Shown: positions 31,516-41,145 of the stretch, one piece after another
Numbering within the stretch: the first letter of the stretch is position 1
Layout: every line of letters starts with the position of its first letter
From: Candidatus Latescibacterota bacterium
GTDB taxonomy: Bacteria > Latescibacterota > UBA2968
Length of the DNA: 64,000 nt
Reading direction: 5' to 3'
Assembly (NCBI GenBank): GCA_965116885.1
Contig: OZ220741.1
Coordinates: forward strand, 3,872,001-3,936,000
The notes under the pieces: model-generated
Databases searched by the model: none
What the model was told of the DNA's origin: nothing
The model's input: only the letters and a program-made list of their open reading frames with translations
Made by a program: the position numbers and the translations under genes

Positions 31516-32682
31516 ATGAAGATCACTGAGGTGGAACCCATCCTGCTCACGGTTGATATGCCGGAAGAGCATCCTTTGCGATGGTCGGGGGGAGAAGCTG
31601 CCAGCGTAAATTGCGCGCTGGTGCGGGTGCATACCGATGGAGGCATCACCGGTCTGGGAGATTGCTATGGGTCCGGGTTTGTCGCGGGTGAGGCCACAGC
31701 TGAGTTGTTTCGTCTGTTCGGGCAGTTTCTCCAGGGCAAAGACCCACGAGATGTGGCCGGATGTTACGAGATGATGTACCGCCGCATCCTGTACTGGGGT
31801 CGGTCCGGGCTGGCAGTAGCAGCGGCCAGTGCGGTCGAGAACGCCCTGTGGGATATTGCGGGAAAAGCGGCCAGTGTACCGGTATATCGCCTGCTGGGAG
31901 GGTTGTGCCACGAGAAACTGCCGATTTATGCCAGCGGCGGTCTGGAACAGCCTCTGGAGGATCTGAAAGCAGAGATGAGAGCGCATCGTGAAGCGGGATT
32001 TCGAGCCGTGAAGATGCGGATTGGCGTGAACCGGGAACACGACCTGGAACGGGTAGCCGCATGCCGGGAGGTGCTGGGGTCTGAGGTGAAGCTAATGGCG
32101 GACGCGGTGATGGGACACAATCCGGATCCATGGACAGCGGCGGATGCGGTGCGGGTAGCGAAGGCTTTAGAGCCGTACGATTTATTCTGGCTGGAGGAGC
32201 CTTGTTTTGCGGCGGACTACGAGGGCTATGCCCACGTCCGCCGAAATACCTGTATTCCCATTTCGGGCGGTGAGAGTTCGTGCATGCGGTATGAGTTCAA
32301 ACATTTTTTTGAGCGGCAGGCACTGGACGTGGCCCAGCCGGATGCATGCCAGGCAGGGGGCATCTTAGAGTGTATAAAGATAGCTGCAATGGCCGATGCG
32401 TGTGGTGTAAAAGTGGCACCCCATGCCTGGGGGACTTCGATTACGGTCGCTGCCAACCTGGCCTGGGCATTTGTCACGCCCAATACCGTGCTTGCCGAGT
32501 ATCCAACCTGGCATTTCCCGCTCACAGACGCGCTATTTGTGGAAAAACCGCGGATTGAAGATGGGATGGTTTATCCTCCAACAACGCCTGGACTGGGAGT
32601 GGAACTTCCAAAAGAACTGGAAGAAGAGTACCGGTACCGACCAGAATCATCCAGACTGGATATGCGGAGAGAAAGAGAATGA
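31516..32682 (+). CDS. Mandelate racemase/MLE-family enzyme
   Basis: ALWDIAGK, KMR, WLEEP, GGE, QPD, PH, PGLG. Confidence 0.93.
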   Translation: MKITEVEPILLTVDMPEEHPLRWSGGEAASVNCALVRVHTDGGITGLGDCYGSGFVAGEATAELFRLFGQFLQGKDPRDVAGCYEMMYRRILYWGRSGLAVAAASAVENALWDIAGKAASVPVYRLLGGLCHEKLPIYASGGLEQPLEDLKAEMRAHREAGFRAVKMRIGVNREHDLERVAACREVLGSEVKLMADAVMGHNPDPWTAADAVRVAKALEPYDLFWLEEPCFAADYEGYAHVRRNTCIPISGGESSCMRYEFKHFFERQALDVAQPDACQAGGILECIKIAAMADACGVKVAPHAWGTSITVAANLAWAFVTPNTVLAEYPTWHFPLTDALFVEKPRIEDGMVYPPTTPGLGVELPKELEEEYRYRPESSRLDMRRERE

Positions 32683-33233
32683 AATTCGGTACGGATGAAG
32701 GACGTGTGATCGAGCAATGGAGCGTTGATGGCGGGGAATACGTGATGCGCACAGCACGCTGGAGCGATCTGGCATCCTACGGAGCGATGCACCGCGAGTT
32801 GTATCAGGAGCGGGTGATGGCGAGTCCGAAAAACGCCGATACCCGGGTCGCAGGAGAAGAACTCGGCAGGAGACTTACGGACATGGCCTGTGGTGTGGGT
32901 GTGCTACTGGTCGTGGATACAGATGGGCGGATCGTGGGAGAGGGAACGCTTCAGCGCTCTAACGGGGACGGTTCGATTACCCTGGGGCTGCTGATTCTCA
33001 AAGATTTTCGAGATAAGGGGATCGGCAGGCGGCTGATGGGTGCGTTAGAGAGCGAGGCGCGCCGACTCGGCAAACGGCGGATTGATCTGACGGTCTGGAG
33101 TGCCAACGAACGCGGTTACCACCTCTATACCAGCATGGGCTATCGGGAAATCGGGCGGTTTCCGGATTGGATCCGCTCGGATATTGCGCCGGATGGGACA
33201 TCCGACCTGGTGTGGATGTTGAAGGATCTGTAG
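32679..33233 (+). CDS. GNAT N-acetyltransferase
   Basis: FRDKGIGRRL motif A and N...LY..MGY. Confidence 0.88.
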   Translation: MKFGTDEGRVIEQWSVDGGEYVMRTARWSDLASYGAMHRELYQERVMASPKNADTRVAGEELGRRLTDMACGVGVLLVVDTDGRIVGEGTLQRSNGDGSITLGLLILKDFRDKGIGRRLMGALESEARRLGKRRIDLTVWSANERGYHLYTSMGYREIGRFPDWIRSDIAPDGTSDLVWMLKDL

Positions 33234-33277
33234 ATTTGCAGGATTAGAAAATCGTAGATAAACAAAAAGGGGAGGCA

Positions 33278-34147
33278 ATGTCTAAGAAAGGCTATCGGGT
33301 AGATTGTCACACACACCTCTGGCGCTATCCGGGTGAGTTGACCGATGAATTGGCACGCGAGACTTTTATTATGCGCAATCAAGAGGTGGATCTGGATATT
33401 ACACCCGATATGCACACGGCAGCCGTGGCAGAGGTGGATTGCGCTATCGTGTTCGGGTTGCGGGCACCGCTGACTGGTTTTTTTACTGTTAATGATACGG
33501 TTGCTGATTACGTGAGAGATCATCCGGAAAAGCTGATCGGTTTTGCTGCGATCTGCCCGACTGAGGACAACGCGCTTGAGGAGGTTGAGCGCGCGGTCAA
33601 AGAGCTGGGATTGCGGGGCCTGAAGATGAGTCCGATCTACGGTGGGTGGGACCCATTGGATGCGAATGCGCTGGCTATTTTTGCCAGGGCGGAGGAGTAC
33701 GGATTGCCCATTATGTTCCACCAGGGAGCGACTTTTCCGCGCAGGGCACCGCTGAAGTACGCGAATCCCGTTCTGCTGGAGGATATCGCGCTCCGGTTTC
33801 CAGATCTGAAGATGATAATCGCCCATCTGGGACATCCCTGGGAGGCGGAGACCATTGTCCTGATCCGGAAGCAGCCAAACGTGTTTTCGGATATTTCGGG
33901 GCTGTTCTACCGGCCCTGGCAGTTTTATAACTCGCTGCGGCTGGCGGTTGAGTACGGGGTTGTGGATAAACTGCTCTTTGGAACAGATTATCCTGTGGCT
34001 ACTTTTGAGGAAACAGTGGAAGGGTTGCACCATGTGGTCCGGCTTTCCCAGGAGATGCGGTTGCCTCCGCTTCCAGAAGACCTGCCGGATCAGATTCTGT
34101 ACCGCGATACTCTGGGATTGTTGGGGCTTTCTGATACTGTGACCTGA
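33278..34147 (+). CDS. Amidohydrolase_2 family protein
   Basis: DCHTH, FHQG, AHLG, FGTDYP. Confidence 0.92.
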   Translation: MSKKGYRVDCHTHLWRYPGELTDELARETFIMRNQEVDLDITPDMHTAAVAEVDCAIVFGLRAPLTGFFTVNDTVADYVRDHPEKLIGFAAICPTEDNALEEVERAVKELGLRGLKMSPIYGGWDPLDANALAIFARAEEYGLPIMFHQGATFPRRAPLKYANPVLLEDIALRFPDLKMIIAHLGHPWEAETIVLIRKQPNVFSDISGLFYRPWQFYNSLRLAVEYGVVDKLLFGTDYPVATFEETVEGLHHVVRLSQEMRLPPLPEDLPDQILYRDTLGLLGLSDTVT

Positions 34148-34181
34148 CGCTCGCGTTTCAGCGTATTGAAAGGAGATGTTG

Positions 34182-35489
34182 ATGGGAAAGCTGGCATTGA
34201 CGGGGGGACCTGAGGCGGTAAGGCTCGACAGAAGGAAATTCGCGGTTCCCCCTGTGAGTGAGGAGGCGATTGCAGCGGTGGTGGGACTGATGCGTAAGGG
34301 CGAGACTTCCATTTCACCATCGGTTGCAGAGTTCGAACGCGAGTTCGCCGATTACGTCGGCTGTGAATACGGGCTGGCACTTACCAGCGGTACGGCGGCA
34401 CTTCAAACGGCCCTGTTTGCGGTGGGGGTGGAGCCAGGCGATGAGGTTATTGTTCCTTCCTTTACATTTCTTACCACAGCGACGACTGTGCCAGCTATGG
34501 GGGGCGTCACTATTTTTGCCGATGTAGATCGCGATACGATGACTCTGGATCCCGCCGACATAGAGCGGAAGATTACAGAGCGGACCCGTGCGATTGTCGT
34601 TTGCCACGTCTGGGGTAATCCTGCGGATATGGAATCGATTTTGAAACTGGCACGCCCGCGGAGGATCGCCGTGATTGAGGACTGTTCGCACGCCCACGGG
34701 GCGACCTGGCAGGGAAAGAAAGTCGGTTCTGTAGGCGATGTCGGATGTTTCAGTTGCCAGGGGTCCAAGCTAATTGCAGCGGGGGAGGGCGGTGTACTCA
34801 CGACAAACGACCGCGACCTGTACGAGCGGGCTATTGTGCTGGGTCGTCCGGAAAAGCGTGCCGAAATTCGAGAGGATTCATGGATAAAACGCTTTGCCTT
34901 CACGGGGTTGGGTTTCAAATACCGTCCCCACCCGCTGGGCATTGCAATCGCCCGCGAGCAACTTCATCACCTGGATGAGATGAACAAAATCCGAGACCGC
35001 AATGGTGCTGTCCTGGACACCGGGCTGGCAGATGTGGCAGATGTGGTGCCTCAGCGAGTGCTTCCGGGTTGCCGGCGCGTTTACAATAGCCACTGTATGC
35101 GGTATGATCCGGATAGGCTCGGAGGTGTTTCAATCGAGACCTTCCTGCGGGCGCTCTCAGCAGAAGGGGTGAGTATCGGCAGAATGAGATACGGACATTT
35201 GCACGGGAATCCGATTTTTACAGAGGGATTTCCCTATGGTACGAGGGGTGTGACGTTGAGCGCACGGGGACATGATGCATCGGATTTTTCAAATGGTCCG
35301 CTTCCGGTGACAGAACATCTCAGAAAGTATGCTTTTCGTGCGGCTCCCCGGCTCGAAACGGAGTGTCGGGAACTGATCAACCAGTATCTGGATGCCTACC
35401 ACAAGGTGGCATCGGCCGTCGATGAACTCCTAACTTACGAGAGGGAGCACAAATCAGAGGCTCAGGAGAGACACGGAGGTGTGTTATGA
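34182..35489 (+). CDS. DegT/DnrJ/EryC1/StrS PLP aminotransferase
   Basis: SGTAAL, EDCSHAHG, S..GSK...GEGG. Confidence 0.93.
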   Translation: MGKLALTGGPEAVRLDRRKFAVPPVSEEAIAAVVGLMRKGETSISPSVAEFEREFADYVGCEYGLALTSGTAALQTALFAVGVEPGDEVIVPSFTFLTTATTVPAMGGVTIFADVDRDTMTLDPADIERKITERTRAIVVCHVWGNPADMESILKLARPRRIAVIEDCSHAHGATWQGKKVGSVGDVGCFSCQGSKLIAAGEGGVLTTNDRDLYERAIVLGRPEKRAEIREDSWIKRFAFTGLGFKYRPHPLGIAIAREQLHHLDEMNKIRDRNGAVLDTGLADVADVVPQRVLPGCRRVYNSHCMRYDPDRLGGVSIETFLRALSAEGVSIGRMRYGHLHGNPIFTEGFPYGTRGVTLSARGHDASDFSNGPLPVTEHLRKYAFRAAPRLETECRELINQYLDAYHKVASAVDELLTYEREHKSEAQERHGGVL

Positions 35490-36766
35490 TACCCAAAGAG
35501 ATAACAAATTCCGTTCCGGCGTTGACAGACGAGACATTTGAGGCGTTGTTCGAAGCCTGTCGTCCTCAAAAGGAACGGTGGACAGATATCCCCTGGATCG
35601 GAGGACTGTGGGAGGGGCGACAGAAGGCGGCGCGCGAGGAGAAGCCACTGTTCATCTGGGCGATGAACGGTCATCCTCTGGGGTGTACGTGAAATAACGG
35701 GGTTACGGGCCGTGCGCTCGTTTTTTCAGATCCGCGTGTGATCGAGTTTTTGAATGAATGGTTTATCCCGGTGGCTGTGAACAATACCCGGTTGCAGCGA
35801 CAAGTCGATGATGAAGGCCGGTTTTTGCGCCTGATCTCCTGGCAGGGAAGGTACGGGTATTCTTTTGAGGAAGCACAGGCCAGGTTGGAGGATATCGATC
35901 ACGGGCTGAACCATCAGGGTTTGTATGCTGTGACGACGGAGGGAGAGGTGTTGGGTAGCCGCAACAGGCTGTTTCCGGGAGGCAAGGACTCGGTCCATGG
36001 TGTGGGTAGCGATCCAGACCGGTTTTTGTGGATGTTGAGACGGGCGCTGGAGAACTGGGATAACCGCAAGACCCAGCGCGAGACATTGGAAATCGAAGAT
36101 CTGGCGTATCGAGATCCTACATTTAGCTGGACGGGGTATCCTGAAGATGGATTGGTTTTACACCTGAGCGTTCGGGATCTGCCCCGGGAGGTGGATACGC
36201 GACCTGCGGGAATGAAGCGAGAGGCGCACAATCAGGATTACGTCTGGTTCCGACGGGAAGAAGTGCTGTCTATGGTTCCACTGGATGCGGCTGTAGGCAA
36301 TGTCGTTCCCATGTCCGATGGGCTGGTCAGACGGCTGGTGCGTTATCATCTGGCGGATTATGTTCGAGGGGAAACGTCTTCCTGGCCGTCCGAGGCGATC
36401 CGGGATGCGGCTATAAAGTTGACGGTGATGGAGGATACGCCGGAATGGGTTGATTTAAGGCTTTCCGGATCCGCACAGCTGTTCTCGGAGGGGAGTTGGT
36501 ACGAGGGCGTGTGTCGGGAACGGGGGCTGGATGCATCGCTGTTGGGTTATCTCCGTTTTGATCGGCGGACGGAACAGTTCGTGAGATTCGATGTTGTGGC
36601 GGTGGGATCGCGGTGGGGCGGCACGGACTACAACGTACGACAGGACGATTTGGAGCCTGCACCTATCGGGGTTGCGATGACGATTGCCGGGCGGGAAGCG
36701 AGGGATCGTACTGCGCCGCATGCGTGCCAGAGGCGGGGTGGCCTGGGGTGGTATTTTAATGCGTGA
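35486..36766 (+). CDS. Putative selenoprotein (426 aa) with thioredoxin/SelN-like N-terminal domain; Sec at TGA 35690-35692
   Basis: Track ORFs 35486-35692 and 35738-36766 are in the same frame, separated only by TGA: KPLFIWAMNGHPLGCT-U-NNGVTGRALVFSDPRVIEFLNEWFIPVAV. GGAGGT RBS at the first start; SECIS-like hairpin at the UGA. Confidence 0.8.
35690..35728 (+). promoter_or_regulatory. Bacterial SECIS-like stem-loop
   Basis: Manual fold: UGAAA/UUUCA, AACGGG/CUCGUU, upper stem UACG/CGUG, G-containing apical loop about 15 nt after the UGA. Confidence 0.7.
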
Positions 36767-36808
36767 TTTGATAGTTGGGATGTGTTTTGTCGCATTTTGG
36801 GAGAACCG

Positions 36809-37735
36809 ATGATACGGTGTGAACGGAGAGCGGAACTCGAGATAGAAACACCGCATCTTTGTGCAACTGTGCGGACTGAGGGATACGTGAGCGGGATCAA
36901 AAGCAGGTCGTTTGTAGATAAACGGACGGGCGCGACCGATCTGGGTTCGGGTCTGCACATTATGGACTTCTTGCTCGTACCGGGGTGGGGAGATGCAGAA
37001 CCAAATCGGATCTACGACGGGAATCTACCCAAGCGCGTCGTGGAAGGTCCCCAGATCTGTACGCGGGCACGGCAGTTGGACTATGAGGTCATCCAGAGCG
37101 AAACGTTTCTGGCTGTGCGGCAGTGGTTTACGTTTACGGATGTGGTTGAAGGTTTTCAGGCCGGGTCGCGGTGGGAACAGACACTGCTATTTCTACCGGA
37201 CACGCGGTACGTACTTTCGTGCGAACGGATTTATTGTGTCAACAGCGCGGATTGTCTGTTCTACCGGATCGACATGCCCGGCCACTTGCACCACAAGGGC
37301 GGAGACTCCTTTACACGGATTTACTTGAGCTATCACGGGTATATTGAATCTTCAGAGTTCCTGGCGGATTTCCCTCCTGACGAGGGTTTTCTCTACCAGC
37401 GAAAAGAGGGCGATATTCCCGATCGGATTATCCGGGCATACGAACAACGACAAGAGGATGGCACATCCGTGTGGCTGGCTGGGATGACGCTGGATCCGGC
37501 GGATGTGTACGAGGCATGGTGTCATCAACGGGGTTATGTCTGCTTCATCCAGGAACTGCACGGTCGAAAGGTGGCGGCTGGGGACACGATTGGAGCCGCA
37601 TACGTGGTGGGGTATTTCGATTCGGTGGATGAGATGAATGCGGTTTACGACCAGTATCGGGGGGTGCGCTCAATTGCGATAGATGAGAAGGGATATACAC
37701 TGCTGGACGAAGTTGAGAAAGCCGATGAAACTTAG
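36809..37735 (+). CDS. Conserved hypothetical protein
   Basis: Long ORF with GGGAG RBS; aromatic, beta-rich sequence (EAWCHQRGYVCFIQE); function not recognised. Confidence 0.8.
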   Translation: MIRCERRAELEIETPHLCATVRTEGYVSGIKSRSFVDKRTGATDLGSGLHIMDFLLVPGWGDAEPNRIYDGNLPKRVVEGPQICTRARQLDYEVIQSETFLAVRQWFTFTDVVEGFQAGSRWEQTLLFLPDTRYVLSCERIYCVNSADCLFYRIDMPGHLHHKGGDSFTRIYLSYHGYIESSEFLADFPPDEGFLYQRKEGDIPDRIIRAYEQRQEDGTSVWLAGMTLDPADVYEAWCHQRGYVCFIQELHGRKVAAGDTIGAAYVVGYFDSVDEMNAVYDQYRGVRSIAIDEKGYTLLDEVEKADET

Positions 37736-37746
37736 AACCCATCGGC

Positions 37747-37842
37747 TCAGCCACTCTCAATAAACTCACCACCTATATCCGTAGCAATCTGCGTCCAGAT
37801 TTCGTCCTTGGAAGGTCCGAAAACAGATCTGAGCATACCCAT
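37747..37842 (-). pseudogene. 31-codon N-terminal gene remnant MGMLRSVFGPSKDEIWTQIATDIGGEFIESG
   Basis: GGAG RBS plus ATG; reads like the start of a conserved hypothetical protein but stops at the junction with the convergent operon. Confidence 0.55.
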
Positions 37843-37889
37843 TTTTTACTCCATGGTTTTGACGCTTGATAATCCTCATAAATCGCGTT

Positions 37890-38063
37890 CTACTTCAATT
37901 CTTCCTCTATCCAATCCATCCACTTCATAAGCCGCGAAAGGTATCTTGATACCCTCTCGTTTGAAGAGCGTGTCAGGTGGATATACAATTCTCGGGTCTC
38001 ATCGAGAAAGTCAGTCCACTGTGGATATGACGCCTTTAGCACCGGTATTGTGTCAATGCTTTT
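37890..38063 (-). pseudogene. C-terminal gene remnant (...YPQWTDFLDETRELY...MKWMDWIEEELK*)
   Basis: 57 open codons with protein-like composition and no clear RBS or start. Confidence 0.35.
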
Positions 38064-38072
38064 TTAGATTAC

Positions 38073-38093
38073 AAATATATGCAAATCAAGTTT
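38073..38093. promoter_or_regulatory. Shared intergenic motif AAATATATG(C/T)AAATCAAGTTT, copy 1
   Basis: 20/21 identical to 60286-60306; reverse strand reads TTGATT-N17-TAAAAA. Confidence 0.55.
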
Positions 38094-38182
38094 TCAATAG
38101 GGATGAGGGAACGCCCCACCAGAGATACAGGTCTAATGATTCAGAACCGAGGAGAGTAACCAATCCACCGAATAGATGAAAA

Positions 38183-39751
38183 ATGACCAGAGACTCACAT
38201 AAATCGCCTGTGTCTATTGATCGAAGGGATTTTATTCACCTGGCCGGTCTTGGCGCAATGGGCGCGCTTGTTCTGGGGCTGGATGTTCCTGTTGGCGCAC
38301 AAAAACAACCCAATTTTATCTTTATGGTTTCTGACGATCAGGGGTGGGATGGCCTTTCGGTGCAGATGCACGATGCGATTTTCGGTTCAAAGAGCGATTT
38401 TTACCAGACGCCCAATCTCGAGAAGCTCGCACAGCAGGGCATGCGTTTTTCGGCAGCTTATTCGCCTTCGCCTGTCTGTTCACCCACGCGATGTAGCCTT
38501 CAAACGGGTAAAAGTCCGGCACAGAACCACTGGACAAAGGCGTCCCCTATTCTGACCGCCAGAGATGGCCGTAAACTCATCCCACCAATGCATGGCAGAG
38601 ATCTCTCCAGTGGTGAGATAACCATTGCTGAGATGTTGAAACAGGCCGGTTATACCACAGCACATTATGGCAAATGGCATCTCGGTGGCGGTGGACCAGG
38701 ACGTCACGGGTATGACGTACACGATGGGAATACGGGTAACAGGGATGCGGCTCGTCATGTCGATCCCAATCCTGTAGATATATTCGGTATGTCCCGGCGT
38801 GCCAATGCGTTTATGGAGGAGAATACAGAAGCGGGCAAGCCGTTCTTTATCCAGTTGTCTTACTATGCTCTGCACTATCCCCGGAATGCGCTGGAGAGTA
38901 CGCGGCAGGCATACGAAAATCGACCGAGGGGGCGCGTCCATCGAAATGTCAATCGCGCGGCGATTACTGAAGACCTGGATACGGGGGTGGGTATGATCAT
39001 GGACCAAGTTGAGAAACTCGGTATTGGCGGTCACACGTATCTGATTTACATGTCGGATAATGGGGCTGTTGGAGGCGGTCTGGGTGTGTTGCGCGGGTCG
39101 AAGGGATCACTGTGGGAGGGAGGTATTCGCGTGCCGTTGATTATCCAGGGACCTGGTATAGAGCCAAATACGTTTTGTGATGAACGCGTGGTCGGTGTTG
39201 ATCTGTTTCCCACGCTTTGCGAACTGGGCGGTGTAAGTCAGCCGTTGCCATCGGGTATTGAGGGAGGGAGTATCGCGTCGTTATTATCTGGTGGGTCGGG
39301 TGCGGTTGTGAGACCTCGGGAGGAGCTTGTGTTTCATTTTCCGCATTATCAAAGTGAAGATGATGGACCGCATTCGGCAATTATATTGGGCGATTACAAG
39401 TTGCTCAAGTTTTACGAGACCGATGAGGTGCGGTTGTATGATTTAGCCAATGATATTGGTGAGCAGAATGATTTGTCCAAAGATATGGGAGAAGAGGCGA
39501 TGCGTCTGCGCGAACGTCTCGAACAGTATCTCGATTCCGTTGACGCTCAGATGCCAGTGCCCAATCCCAATTATGGGCCAAGCAAATCAAGTGATTTTAA
39601 TGGCGATGGACAAATCAATTTCCAAGATTTTCTGGAATTTGCCAGAGCTTATGGGTCGGAGGAGACTCGGTTTGATCTGGATAATAGCGGGCGTGTGGAT
39701 TTTGCCGATTTTTTGAGGTTTGTACAAGATTTTGGAAGCGCCGGGAATTAA
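38183..39751 (+). CDS. Tat-exported arylsulfatase with C-terminal dockerin-like/EF-hand pair
   Basis: DRRDFI Tat motif, CSPTR, GKWHLG; tail DFNGDGQINFQDFL...DLDNSGRVDFADFL. Confidence 0.92.
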   Translation: MTRDSHKSPVSIDRRDFIHLAGLGAMGALVLGLDVPVGAQKQPNFIFMVSDDQGWDGLSVQMHDAIFGSKSDFYQTPNLEKLAQQGMRFSAAYSPSPVCSPTRCSLQTGKSPAQNHWTKASPILTARDGRKLIPPMHGRDLSSGEITIAEMLKQAGYTTAHYGKWHLGGGGPGRHGYDVHDGNTGNRDAARHVDPNPVDIFGMSRRANAFMEENTEAGKPFFIQLSYYALHYPRNALESTRQAYENRPRGRVHRNVNRAAITEDLDTGVGMIMDQVEKLGIGGHTYLIYMSDNGAVGGGLGVLRGSKGSLWEGGIRVPLIIQGPGIEPNTFCDERVVGVDLFPTLCELGGVSQPLPSGIEGGSIASLLSGGSGAVVRPREELVFHFPHYQSEDDGPHSAIILGDYKLLKFYETDEVRLYDLANDIGEQNDLSKDMGEEAMRLRERLEQYLDSVDAQMPVPNPNYGPSKSSDFNGDGQINFQDFLEFARAYGSEETRFDLDNSGRVDFADFLRFVQDFGSAGN

Positions 39752-39783
39752 CAAATTCAATTGTTTATACAGGAGTTTATCCC

Positions 39784-41097
39784 ATGAAGATTGTCGGATT
39801 TGCGATTGTCGCATGTTTGTTAGGCGCTTTGGAAGCGAATGCGTGTAGTGCGGATTTGGATAAGGATGGCGAGGTAGGGTTTTCTGACTTTCTAGTTTTG
39901 GCTGCTCAATTCGGTCAAACGTGTCCACCTGAAATGCCGGATACTCTGAGCGCGATATCCGTAGAGGCTGGCTACGGTCGGATTGTGCTTCCGGGTACAC
40001 AGGTGGATCTCAATGCCACACTTACCAATGGTCCGGGTGCCCGTGTTGTGTGGCGGCAAGTGCAAGGGGCGTCGGCGGCGATCAGTTCGCCCAATGCGCT
40101 CCAGACGACGGTTAGCGTTCCTGTCAATGTCAGCGGTGCGGAGACCTTGCTATTTGAAGTGCGTGCCGAGATGGAATCGGGACAACAAGCATCGGATACG
40201 GTTTGGATCGAGGTGTACGTACCCGAACAGAATCCAGCCGACCTGACGCTTGTGGCAGATTTTTCGCCGAAAGTTGGTTGGGAGTGTAACCAGGACCCCG
40301 TAGAGGTTCCAGAGGTTCAGACCCGCGTTCTGGAAAATACCATCGAATATACGTCCAACGGCATTCCCGCCCATGCGACAGGGTTGTTTCCCAATCGGGG
40401 AAATCCGAACATGATTTGGTCAGTGCCGCAAACCTGGCGCATTCCCCGCTATCCCGAAAAGACGGACACGCCTACTGAAATGGCTGTATTTGGCATCACG
40501 CTCGAGGGCATCAAACTCGAACGCGATACTGCGGAGAGTTATCGCAACCAGCGGCAGTGGAATTACGAGGCGCTGACCCCGGGTATGGCGCGTCGATTGA
40601 GCGGCAATGCGCGGTTTGAATGGCTGGGTACAGATTGCAATAACGCACACGTTCAGCCGACGGGTATTTACCACTACCACGGCGTGCCGCATAGCTTGAT
40701 AAATGAACTCGCCGGTGGGATGGAGAGCGAGGAAATGGTATTGGTCGGATATGCTGCCGACGGTTTTCCGATCTATGTCGCCAGCGGGCCCAATGCTCCT
40801 GAGGGAAGTTGGGAATTGCGCTCGGGGACGCGAGAAAGTGGACCCGGGGGAGAATACGATGGCACGTTTCGGGAAGATTGGCAATTTGTCGAGGGATCGG
40901 GTGACCTCGACCAGTGCAATGGGCGATTTGGGATGACGCCCGAGTTCCCGGAAGGAATCTACCATTACTATCTTACCGAAGACTACCCGTACATGCCCCG
41001 CTGTGTATGGGGGACGCCAGATCCTTCGTTCAGGCAACGTCGGGCTGGTGGTCCTGGCGGCCCAGGTTTTAGAAGGCGTCCACCGAGCCGTTATTGA
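39784..41097 (+). CDS. Secreted YHYH-domain protein with a dockerin-like motif and PKD-like domain
   Basis: Signal peptide, DLDKDGEVGFSDFL, W.QVQG PKD-like segment, HVQPTGIYHYHG, GYAADGFPIY, DLDQCNG. Confidence 0.88.
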   Translation: MKIVGFAIVACLLGALEANACSADLDKDGEVGFSDFLVLAAQFGQTCPPEMPDTLSAISVEAGYGRIVLPGTQVDLNATLTNGPGARVVWRQVQGASAAISSPNALQTTVSVPVNVSGAETLLFEVRAEMESGQQASDTVWIEVYVPEQNPADLTLVADFSPKVGWECNQDPVEVPEVQTRVLENTIEYTSNGIPAHATGLFPNRGNPNMIWSVPQTWRIPRYPEKTDTPTEMAVFGITLEGIKLERDTAESYRNQRQWNYEALTPGMARRLSGNARFEWLGTDCNNAHVQPTGIYHYHGVPHSLINELAGGMESEEMVLVGYAADGFPIYVASGPNAPEGSWELRSGTRESGPGGEYDGTFREDWQFVEGSGDLDQCNGRFGMTPEFPEGIYHYYLTEDYPYMPRCVWGTPDPSFRQRRAGGPGGPGFRRRPPSRY

Positions 41098-41145
41098 TCT
41101 GGTATTCATAGATTGAAAATATCCGTGCGGAGGACGACAGACATC

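Noticed and set aside
33140..34312. 390-aa antisense ORF (likewise 60671-61621, 27556-28356 and other shadow ORFs)
   Set aside because: Antisense to well-supported genes and carries no recognisable motifs.
38108..38136. GGAAC-N18-GTCTAA sigmaE-like promoter before the Tat sulfatase
   Set aside because: Single instance, and its -35 differs from the two matched ECF motifs. Plausible but unsupported.
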